Source: Candidatus Muiribacteriota bacterium (GTDB taxonomy: Bacteria; Muiribacteriota; Muiribacteriia; Muiribacteriales; Muiribacteriaceae). Taken from it: a DNA stretch of 36,160 nt. A program made the position numbers and the translations under genes. Under the pieces are notes generated by a model that saw only the letters and a list, made by a program, of their open reading frames with translations, was not told the DNA's origin and made no database searches. The DNA lies in the NCBI GenBank assembly GCA_051747805.1, contig JBNJGP010000018.1, positions 1 to 36,160 on the forward strand, written 5' to 3'. This document shows positions 1-7,757 of this stretch, one piece after another. Numbering within the stretch: position 1 is the first letter of the stretch; each line of letters begins with the position of its first letter.

Positions 1-1213
1 CACGCCACTCAACTCTATAACCAGTTAAATATTCATCAGTATAAATTCCAGTAGGTCTATCCCACTCAACGGTAATAGAATTACTTGTTCTTTCTTTAAC
101 CCTGATATTTTGCGGATGCGCTTCAGAAGATTGAATCGCATATAAATCAAGATTAGCTGTTAAAGCATTTGAATATTCACTATCTTTAAATAATCTAATC
201 TGCAAAGTTAAATTTTCGCCAGCCACATCATCATTCCAAATACTCAATTCAAAATTTTGCAACCCATTCTCAGTTAATTTTAAATTTGAACTTAATAAAT
301 CATCATAACTAGTAAACAAAATATTATTATCCTCTTTAATTAAATAACTCACATACCATTCATCGTTTTGATCCACCCCAGTAACTTCAAAAGTTACATC
401 AATCGGCGGATTCATATTAAAATCCCCATCCCATTCAAAACTGGCTGTTAAATCTGAAATTTCAATATCTTCATTTATTTCCATTGACTGTTCTGCAATA
501 TTAATTTTTCCTGATAAAGAATTTGAATAAACATTTTCTCCATTTTTTTGCAAAACCAGTCTTACCTCAACAGTCCCGGATATTCCAGATTCAGGATGAA
601 TATAAATTGATTCCCGATTAAAATCATTAACAACACTTGCGCTATCATTTGAAGTTAAAAAATCACCTTTTTCATCATATAAATAAACAAGAGCATTCCA
701 ACTATCTCCTTCATTAATTCCTAAAACATTATAAGATACGTTTAAATCAGGTTCATAAAAATTTAAAAAATCACTTGTATCAAGTTTATCAATTTCAACA
801 TCAGAATCCGAATCGCTAGCTATTCCACGATTATCCACCCTTAATTCAATTTCTTTTGCTTCACTTTCTTCATCCGCAGGAGTAATATTTAACTTAATAT
901 CTATAACAGTATTTGGAAAATCATTATATGAGTCCCACACAATTTTACCATCAACAAGACTTAAATTATCAGAAGAAATAATAGTTATATCCTCAGGTGA
1001 ATCTACTAAATAATAACTTAAAATAACATCATCAATACTGTTTAAATTAGTTGAATCAACATTTAAAATAATCTTACCTTCACTTTTATCCTCTTCAGCA
1101 ACAGAATTAATAACAGTATTAGCCGAACCACCACTTGAACCACCACAACCAGACAAATAAATATAGGAAAATAAACTAACAAACACCAAAGTAAAAATCA
1201 ATACTTTTTTCAT
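1..1213 (-). CDS. Surface lipoprotein with fibronectin type III domain (3' end runs off the window)
   Basis: Not in the ORF track. ATG at 1213 follows a GGAGG RBS and reads MKKVLIFTLVFVSLFSYIYLSGCGGSSGG (lipobox LSGC). The same frame is stop-free in both stretches I translated (near the start and 2-421) and ends in the FN3-like PQNIRVKERTSNSITVEWDRP...LTGYRVEWR. Confidence 0.85.
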   Translation of the reverse strand, partial: MKKVLIFTLVFVSLFSYIYLSGCGGSSGGSANTVINSVAEEDKSEGKIILNVDSTNLNSIDDVILSYYLVDSPEDITIISSDNLSLVDGKIVWDSYNDFPNTVIDIKLNITPADEESEAKEIELRVDNRGIASDSDSDVEIDKLDTSDFLNFYEPDLNVSYNVLGINEGDSWNALVYLYDEKGDFLTSNDSASVVNDFNRESIYIHPESGISGTVEVRLVLQKNGENVYSNSLSGKINIAEQSMEINEDIEISDLTASFEWDGDFNMNPPIDVTFEVTGVDQNDEWYVSYLIKEDNNILFTSYDDLLSSNLKLTENGLQNFELSIWNDDVAGENLTLQIRLFKDSEYSNALTANLDLYAIQSSEAHPQNIRVKERTSNSITVEWDRPTGIYTDEYLTGYRVEWR

Positions 1214-1279
1214 AACACCCTCCTGTTAAACCATAACAATATTATTAAATATAATACCATATTTCAAAAAAAAAAAAAA

Positions 1280-1306
1280 GGGGTCGGATCTACAGAATTC
1301 ACATTC
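1280..1306. repeat. Degenerate third copy of the RAYT-associated 27-bp repeat
   Basis: GGGGTCGGATCTACAGAATTCACATTC matches 21/27 of 2116-2142 in the same orientation and is preceded by an A14 run (1266-1279). Confidence 0.8.
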
Positions 1307-1355
1307 GATTTTCAGAATATAATAAAACCTCATCCTTTTTTTAAAATTGATAAAT

Positions 1356-2159
1356 TTAATTTTTTATATTTTTTCCAATCAAAATCCTATCAAAATTATT
1401 ATAATCTTTTAAAATATTTACTTCCTTAAAACAGTCAGAAAACATTTTTTTTAACCTGTCTCCCTGATTATAACCAATCTCTAAAAAAACCATTCCCCCA
1501 GAATTCAAAAAATTTTTAATATTATTTTTAATTTCCCTGTAAAAGTCATATCCATCATTTCCGCCTTCCAGAGCAATAATCGGTTCAAAACCTCTAACCT
1601 GTTTTTCTAGAGTAGATATAACATTTCTTTCAATGTATGGCGGGTTAGAAACTATAACATCGAATTTTTGATCAATTTTTTTAAACATATCTGATTTAAT
1701 AAAAGTAGCCTTTGCTTTTTCATCTGAATTTAAAATATTTTTCGCATTAATTTTGGCAAACTCAAGAGCTTTATCTGAAACATCTGTACATAAAACAATA
1801 TCTGGATTAAACTCTTTTAAAAGAGTTATTCCAATACACCCGGAACCAGTACATAAATCCAGAACTTTTTTTCCTTCAACAAATTTACCAACTTTTTCTA
1901 CAAGAAGCTCGGTCTCAAACCTGGGTATTAAAACACCCGGCCCAACTTTAAAATCATACCCATAAAAATTTCTATATCCTAAAATATAGTCGACTGGCTC
2001 ACCAGCCTCTCTTCTCTTAATATAACCATCAAGCTCAACCTTTTGCTTATCATTAAGCTCATAACCATCTCGTTGAATCTCAAACCTACTCTTCTCCAAT
2101 ATAAATTCAAGAAAAGGGGTCAGGTCTACACTTTTCACTTTCAATATTTTTGATTTCAT
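1356..2159 (-). CDS. prmC: Release factor glutamine methyltransferase PrmC/HemK with an element-derived N-terminus
   Basis: Motifs RREAGEPVDYILG, VLIPRFETE, LDLCTGSGCI and NPPY; lies downstream of prfA. Start is uncertain: ATG at 2159 or TTG at 2180, both inside the RAYT gene. Confidence 0.93.
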   Translation of the reverse strand: MKSKILKVKSVDLTPFLEFILEKSRFEIQRDGYELNDKQKVELDGYIKRREAGEPVDYILGYRNFYGYDFKVGPGVLIPRFETELLVEKVGKFVEGKKVLDLCTGSGCIGITLLKEFNPDIVLCTDVSDKALEFAKINAKNILNSDEKAKATFIKSDMFKKIDQKFDVIVSNPPYIERNVISTLEKQVRGFEPIIALEGGNDGYDFYREIKNNIKNFLNSGGMVFLEIGYNQGDRLKKMFSDCFKEVNILKDYNNFDRILIGKNIKN

Positions 2160-3072
2160 TAAGAATTTTTTCACTTTCAATATTTTTCAAAAACTTTCTA
2201 TAAAATTCCGAAACAGCACTCGGGGTCATTCCATATAAAGAAGCAATTTCTTTATTAGTCAATCTTGAATATTTTTTTGTTAAATAAATAAAAATTTTTT
2301 TAAATTTATTATTTCTTTTATTATTGAAAATAATTTTTGACTCAACCTTAAAATAATCCGAAATGAGTTCTACAAAAAAATCTACATTTCTTGTTTTATT
2401 CATCTTGGTTGTAGGTACATAAAAATCTATTTTTTTGGTTTTAATAAAATTATCAACTTTCTTCTTAAAATCCTCTTTTCCTATCGCTATCCCTTTAAAT
2501 AAATCTCTATGTGGTAATTTTTTATTTTTTGAATTTAATATCTGTTCTTTATATTTTAATTCGGCTGTCTTTAATTCATTTGAATAAGTGCTCAAATAAT
2601 TGAATTTATTAATAAAATTATATCGATTTGAAATACCAACATAATTTTCACAACTACTCCAGTGATATTCCCACGGTTTTTCAACAATTCCAGCCACAAC
2701 AGGATTTAAATGTATATAATCAATTACCCTGAAAAAATAGTTACCTTTGTCAACTAAAAGCGCTTTGTATCTACCCTGAAAAACATGCCCAACAATTTGA
2801 TGTTTAGCTTTGTACCAGTTTGTATACGATGAATTTAAATAATGCATTGCTTGTGTTAAATTGGCTTCATTTGTTATTAAATAAAGATGATAATGATTTG
2901 GCATTAAAGCAAATGCACAGCATTCAATATTAAATTTATTGAGCATTTCTTTTAACTTTTCTATAAATATTTCATAATCCTGTTTTTCAAGAAATATAGT
3001 ATCTTTGCGTTCGCCTCTGGCAAACACATGATAATGCGCCCCTTCAAATTCAATTCTAAGTTGTCTTGCCAT
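2107..3072 (-). CDS. REP-associated tyrosine transposase-like HUH nuclease (Y1_Tnp) with C-terminal HTH
   Basis: MARQLR..YHVFARG, HUH motif LMPNHYHL, GHVFQGRYKA, YIHLNPVVAG..PWEYHWSS, and a C-terminal HTH (LTNKEIASLYGMTPSAVS). Confidence 0.9.
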   Translation of the reverse strand: MARQLRIEFEGAHYHVFARGERKDTIFLEKQDYEIFIEKLKEMLNKFNIECCAFALMPNHYHLYLITNEANLTQAMHYLNSSYTNWYKAKHQIVGHVFQGRYKALLVDKGNYFFRVIDYIHLNPVVAGIVEKPWEYHWSSCENYVGISNRYNFINKFNYLSTYSNELKTAELKYKEQILNSKNKKLPHRDLFKGIAIGKEDFKKKVDNFIKTKKIDFYVPTTKMNKTRNVDFFVELISDYFKVESKIIFNNKRNNKFKKIFIYLTKKYSRLTNKEIASLYGMTPSAVSEFYRKFLKNIESEKILNEIKNIESEKCRPDPFS

Positions 3073-3121
3073 TTTTTAAATTCCTTTAATTCACGAAAGT
3101 GAAAAGTGTAGACCTGACCCC
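2116..3121 (-). mobile_element. RAYT cassette bounded by perfect 27-bp inverted repeats, inserted between prfA and prmC
   Basis: 2116-2142 (GGGGTCAGGTCTACACTTTTCACTTTC) is the exact reverse complement of 3095-3121. The right end abuts the prfA stop codon. No target-site duplication is visible. Confidence 0.85.
2132..2187. repeat. 20-bp direct repeat with 36-bp period, overlapping the left inverted repeat
   Basis: TTTTCACTTTCAATATTTTT at 2132-2151 and 2168-2187; encodes the duplicated KNIESEK in the RAYT C-terminus. Confidence 0.85.
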
Positions 3122-4189
3122 TTATTGTTCGCGGAGGAGGGTTTCCTGTTCGGCGATGATGAGGGCGTCGATGATTTCATCGAGTGCGGTGCCTTCAACT
3201 ACGCGGTCGAGTTTGTGGAGGGTTAGGCCTATTCGATGGTCGGTGACTCGATTTTGGGGGTAGTTGTAGGTTCTGATTTTTTCGCTTCTGTCTCCGGTTC
3301 CCACCATGCTTTTACGGTTTGAGGAGATTTTGTCTTCTCTTTTTTTCTTTTCTGCTTCATATAGTTTGGATTTTAATACTTTCATGGCTTTGGCTTTGTT
3401 TTTATGCTGACTTTTTTCATCCTGGCATGTTACCATTATTCCGGTTGGGGTATGCGTAATTCTTACAGCTGAATCTGTTGTGTTAACACTTTGACCACCA
3501 CATCCACTTGAGCGATAAACGTCGATTTTTAAATCTTCGTTTTTTACATTTACTTCTACATCTTCTACTTCAGGTAGTATTGCAACTGTAGCGGCAGAGG
3601 TGTGTATTCTTCCGCTCGTTTCTGTTTCGGGCACTCTCTGAACTCTATGCCCTCCAGATTCAAATTTCATTCGCGAATAAACCATATTTCCCTTTACGCG
3701 AAATACTATTTCTTTAAATCCTCCCATATCTGCTTCATTTGCTTCCATTATTTCTGTTTTCCATTTTTTCAAATCAGCATATCTTTGATACATATTAAAG
3801 AGGTCTCCGGCAAAGATTCCAGCCTCATCGCCACCGGTTCCTGCGCGAACCTCTATAAAAATGTTCTTATCATCGTTTGGGTCTTTTGGAAGAAGTGATA
3901 CTTTTAATTTTTCTTCCATTTCTGGTATTTTATGCTTGTTTTCTTCAAGCTCGAGTTTTGCCATTTCTACAAGTTCTTTATCTTTTTCAGTTTCTAATAT
4001 TTTTTGTGCCTCCTTAACCGAATCAAGCATTGCCAGATATTCATTTATGTCAGCAACTATTGGTTCCAGATAGGTTCTTTCCTTTGAAAGTTTTATCATT
4101 TTTTCCTGATCAGATATCACTTCCATATCTGTGAGCTGATTGTTTATTTTTTTATAAGTTTCCAGGATTTCTTCTAATTTTTCGCGCAT
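3122..4189 (-). CDS. prfA: Peptide chain release factor 1
   Basis: GGQ motif ([10 protein letters not shown]), PxT motif (RVPETE), [22 protein letters not shown]. Confidence 0.98.
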   Translation of the reverse strand: MREKLEEILETYKKINNQLTDMEVISDQEKMIKLSKERTYLEPIVADINEYLAMLDSVKEAQKILETEKDKELVEMAKLELEENKHKIPEMEEKLKVSLLPKDPNDDKNIFIEVRAGTGGDEAGIFAGDLFNMYQRYADLKKWKTEIMEANEADMGGFKEIVFRVKGNMVYSRMKFESGGHRVQRVPETETSGRIHTSAATVAILPEVEDVEVNVKNEDLKIDVYRSSGCGGQSVNTTDSAVRITHTPTGIMVTCQDEKSQHKNKAKAMKVLKSKLYEAEKKKREDKISSNRKSMVGTGDRSEKIRTYNYPQNRVTDHRIGLTLHKLDRVVEGTALDEIIDALIIAEQETLLREQ

Positions 4190-4199
4190 TATTTCTCCT

Positions 4200-5570
4200 T
4201 TATTCTTCCCCTTCGGATATCATTCTGAAGTATGCTTTTTTAAGCCCCATTTTCTGATAGAGTTTTATTGCTTTTTTGTTTTCTATATCTACATGCAGTG
4301 AAAAATGTCCCCCCGTTTTTTCATAAATTTTTTCCATAAGTTTTGTTCCAATTCCTCTACTGCCTGTGGATAAATCTGTTCCTATATAAATAAGATGATA
4401 TGGAGGCATTACAATGTTGGTTGGCAATCCCATCACAACTGCTATTCCTTTCATTTCGCCTGCTACGTATGCGCCTAATAAAAAACCAGTTTCATAGGAT
4501 ACTTTAATAGCCTCCATAGCTCCATCGCGGGCATCGCCGTATTTTCCAAGATAAGCGTCTACATAATCTGCCAGCTGATCAAAGTCTCTGAAATCATCAT
4601 CACTCAGCTCTTTTATGATTAAATCACTTTTTCCTTCTTCTAACATTATTACGTTCTGCTCATCTTTTGATATTTCATTTTCTCTGGAAGCTCTTTCAAA
4701 AGCTGATATAACAGCTCCACCTCTGACTCCTGTTTTAATTCTTTCTTTTGACTTCAGAAGTTTTTGATTTTCTTTTATTTTTTCCTGCTTTACAAAATGA
4801 AACCTTCCGCCTGTATCATATACAGCATTTAATATTGCCTGTGGTTCAAATATATCATATTTATAGGTTTTTTTAGCTTTTCCTTTGTAAGTACTTGTCG
4901 CTTTTTTATCTGAATATATTTTTTTACCCTTTAAATATGTTTGATAAAGTGAGTTTTCTTCATCTGCACAAACTACATGAATTTTTGGTATTCTATCGAT
5001 TTTCTGCTGTCTCCATAATTGTCTGAAACCATGATGAAGTCCGGAAATTAAAGCTCCATTGCTGAGGAAGACAAAAATATTATCCGGATTTTTACCAAGT
5101 TTATGAGAAATTTCTTCGGCTATTTCTGAATAAACTGTTGTTGTAATCGAAAAGTTAAAATATCCATGATTGGCATCGTACCAGGATTTTTCTTTTGCCA
5201 ATTCTATACTTTTTTTATTGGCTTCTCTGTAGTTTTTTCCATGCTCTATGATTTCTACCACGTCTTCTTTTAATATATTACTTTTTTTTATTATTGATTT
5301 ATTCGGAGTAACAATTTTACATTTTACATTAAACTCTGCGCATACGTACGCCATTGATATTCCAAGTGCTCCAAGTGAGGCTACTGTAACTGTATCAAAC
5401 CCTAACTGTCTGGCCTCCTGCACAAGATAATAGGCTATTCTATCCTGAATTCTTCCGGTTGGGTTCAATCCCTCCATTTTTAAAAAAAGAGGTCCTGAAT
5501 TAAACTTTTCTCTAAGTGGTTTTGATTCATATAATACGGTTCTTCCAATTCTCTGTCTTAATAAGTCCAT
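4200..5570 (-). CDS. Fold-type II PLP-enzyme-like domain (threonine/cysteine synthase family) fused to a C-terminal GNAT acetyltransferase
   Basis: [18 protein letters not shown].. N-terminal domain; C-terminal GNAT motifs RGIGTKLM and [18 protein letters not shown]. Start moved to ATG 5570 behind an AGGAG RBS. Confidence 0.8.
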   Translation of the reverse strand: MDLLRQRIGRTVLYESKPLREKFNSGPLFLKMEGLNPTGRIQDRIAYYLVQEARQLGFDTVTVASLGALGISMAYVCAEFNVKCKIVTPNKSIIKKSNILKEDVVEIIEHGKNYREANKKSIELAKEKSWYDANHGYFNFSITTTVYSEIAEEISHKLGKNPDNIFVFLSNGALISGLHHGFRQLWRQQKIDRIPKIHVVCADEENSLYQTYLKGKKIYSDKKATSTYKGKAKKTYKYDIFEPQAILNAVYDTGGRFHFVKQEKIKENQKLLKSKERIKTGVRGGAVISAFERASRENEISKDEQNVIMLEEGKSDLIIKELSDDDFRDFDQLADYVDAYLGKYGDARDGAMEAIKVSYETGFLLGAYVAGEMKGIAVVMGLPTNIVMPPYHLIYIGTDLSTGSRGIGTKLMEKIYEKTGGHFSLHVDIENKKAIKLYQKMGLKKAYFRMISEGEE

Positions 5571-5647
5571 GATAATCTCCTTTTGAAAGTTTTTTCCCAG
5601 AATTTTTATTTTAAAGGATTTTAACATGGACTGGGTTTTTTTTCAAG

Positions 5648-5686
5648 TTGAATAGTTGAGAATTGCTAATTGAGAGTTATGAATTA
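5648..5686. repeat. Degenerate heptamer tandem repeat
   Basis: TTGAATA/GTTGAGA/ATTGCTA/ATTGAGA/GTTATGA with 7-nt periodicity in intergenic DNA. Confidence 0.45.
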
Positions 5687-5694
5687 AAAACTGT

Positions 5695-6303
5695 TTAATG
5701 ATAATTAGTCATAATCCCCTGATATATCTGCTGTAGTCGATAATCGAATTCATACTCTGATGAATTTTTAACTTTTTCAAGATGTCTGAACGCTTCTTTG
5801 TCTTTGCCATTATAATATAGAACTATCCCGGCTAATGCATTACAATATATACGGGATATTTCCATTTTCGTGCTTAACTCAACAGGAGCATTTAAACTAA
5901 TTAATCCTGAACTGTTTACATAAATATATGCTTCTTTATACTTTTCAATATCATTGGTTAGTATATAAATTGAGATTTTTCCTATTAAAAGTTCTGCATA
6001 GCCCTTATTAACTTTTAAAAACCATTTAAGTGCATTATCAAAATCATTCATTTTAAGATACGACCATCCCATACCAAGTCTTGCCTCATCGCGGTCAACT
6101 TCTCTGAAACTTTTATTTCTTACGCTGTTGAAATCTATTAAGGACTGCTCATAATCACTATTATTAAAAACATCCCAGGCCGCATCAAGACTATCTCTGT
6201 AATCTTCTGAATTATTCACAGTGCCTATTGATCCGCCGCCTCCATTTATACATCCTGTTAAGAGACTGATTATTATAAAAAGTAAAAAAATTTTAATTTT
6301 CAT
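5695..6303 (-). CDS. TPR-like lipoprotein
   Basis: Lipobox LLTGC; TPR-like helices (EARLGMGWSYLKMNDFDNALKWF). Confidence 0.75.
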   Translation of the reverse strand: MKIKIFLLFIIISLLTGCINGGGGSIGTVNNSEDYRDSLDAAWDVFNNSDYEQSLIDFNSVRNKSFREVDRDEARLGMGWSYLKMNDFDNALKWFLKVNKGYAELLIGKISIYILTNDIEKYKEAYIYVNSSGLISLNAPVELSTKMEISRIYCNALAGIVLYYNGKDKEAFRHLEKVKNSSEYEFDYRLQQIYQGIMTNYH

Positions 6304-7757
6304 ATTTCCCCAGCTGAAAATTTATATTCGCCTTTATATATTCTATCGTCATATATATATTCATACTCAAGATGATTCTGACTTGTTGTATTTATATTTA
6401 CACTGAAAACAGTATGTTTAAGGTTAATCTGCTCAAACATCACTTTTTTTCCGTTTAAGCTGACATTTATTATTTCATTTCCCTTCATCTGAACTAATCT
6501 ATTATTATCAAAATATGGATTTTCAAAAATTTCTATTTCCGGCTCTGTTTGTTGTAAGTTAAAAATTTCTTCTGCATCTTGCATTGTTGGATTAACAATT
6601 ATCAACTTTATTCTGTCATAGTAAACTTCAGGGCTTTTAACCTCATTCCCATCATATTCAGCTATTCTTTCCAGTTGATTTCTATTATAGAAAGCCAGTA
6701 CAAATTCAAAGGGTGAAATCCTTTCTTTGTTTATTTTCAGATTATGTTTTGTTCTATGTTTGAAATTAACATCAATTTTTGCAAATGAATAGGCTGGAAG
6801 GGATAATTTAAAGGGTGAATCCGTCTCAATCAGCGCAACCGACTGCACCTGGAAGTCCAATCCTACAATATTATATTTTATTTCTTCCTCTGTATTTAAA
6901 CTAATAGCTGTTGCCCACTGTTTAAAGAAAGTGTTAAATCCCTCAACTCCAAGCACACTCCTGAGACTTCCCATTCCATTGTTTTTACATTTAACTAATC
7001 TAGATATAATATCTACCCCTTTTCTATAAATCAAATACCTGAAAAATAAATAGACTTTTCCATAATCAGGGAGTTTGTCGTTCCATTCTGACATGGATAC
7101 GTATGGAAATTCTATATATTGCCCCACATGAAGTTGATTTTCGCCCCCTATTAAATAGGTTGCAAGCTCTGACATTCCTTCATTAAACCATTTTTTTTCA
7201 TCTGAATCATAATAATTGTGGATTAAATGCTGAAATTCGTGTGCAATTATTCCTTTTATCTGTTTTGTATTTTCAAAAGTAAAAGTTGGATATAAATCTA
7301 TAAAAATAGAATTATAATGTTCATCAATATAAGAATCAAAATATCCTGCATAATAGGTTAATCCTTCATCTGAATATGTATCCTGAACTTCATAAAAATA
7401 AATATTAATTTCATTGTAGGGAACTGTGCCAAAATATTTTTCAAGAGTATTTACATGATTTTCTTTAAAAGGATAAACCGCCTCTTCTATCTGTTCTTTA
7501 AAATCTTCATATCTATGCGCCTCCACGTAGGCATTTATTCTATCACCGTCTATTACTTTAATGAATTTTGTTTTGTCATATCTATCATATAAAAAGTTAT
7601 AGGTTAATATTTCATTTTCATTTAAATTTGTTTCTTCAGGTGGAGTTTTAGGTATAAAAGTTCCAGATTTATTCCATGGGTATATATTCACACTTAATAT
7701 TAAAAGAAAGCTAATAAATAATGCTGATTTTACCTTCAAAGTAAACCTTCCCGTCAA
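6300..7757 (-). CDS. Secreted zinc metallopeptidase (gluzincin-type, M30/MA-like)
   Basis: IIAHEFQHLIH (HExxH) followed by WFNEGMSELA; signal-like N-terminus. Exact start uncertain (47-bp overlap with upstream gene). Confidence 0.8.
   Translation of the reverse strand: MTGRFTLKVKSALFISFLLILSVNIYPWNKSGTFIPKTPPEETNLNENEILTYNFLYDRYDKTKFIKVIDGDRINAYVEAHRYEDFKEQIEEAVYPFKENHVNTLEKYFGTVPYNEINIYFYEVQDTYSDEGLTYYAGYFDSYIDEHYNSIFIDLYPTFTFENTKQIKGIIAHEFQHLIHNYYDSDEKKWFNEGMSELATYLIGGENQLHVGQYIEFPYVSMSEWNDKLPDYGKVYLFFRYLIYRKGVDIISRLVKCKNNGMGSLRSVLGVEGFNTFFKQWATAISLNTEEEIKYNIVGLDFQVQSVALIETDSPFKLSLPAYSFAKIDVNFKHRTKHNLKINKERISPFEFVLAFYNRNQLERIAEYDGNEVKSPEVYYDRIKLIIVNPTMQDAEEIFNLQQTEPEIEIFENPYFDNNRLVQMKGNEIINVSLNGKKVMFEQINLKHTVFSVNINTTSQNHLEYEYIYDDRIYKGEYKFSAGEI

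Noticed and set aside
2107..3072. Ordinary IS200/IS605 TnpA element
   Set aside because: The protein is 321 aa with the RAYT-type NPVxAG/WSS motifs and an HTH; there is no tnpB and no obvious subterminal hairpin.
3122..3420. GC-rich prfA 3' end as horizontal transfer, or as high-expression codon bias
   Set aside because: Only C-ending codons rise while G-ending codons are nearly absent. The effect fades gradually, and the opposite shift occurs in prmC. It is not formally excluded without orthologs.
1..4189. Diversity-generating retroelement as the cause of adenine loss
   Set aside because: There is no reverse transcriptase, Avd gene or TR/VR pair in the window, and the changes are synonymous and occur on both flanks.
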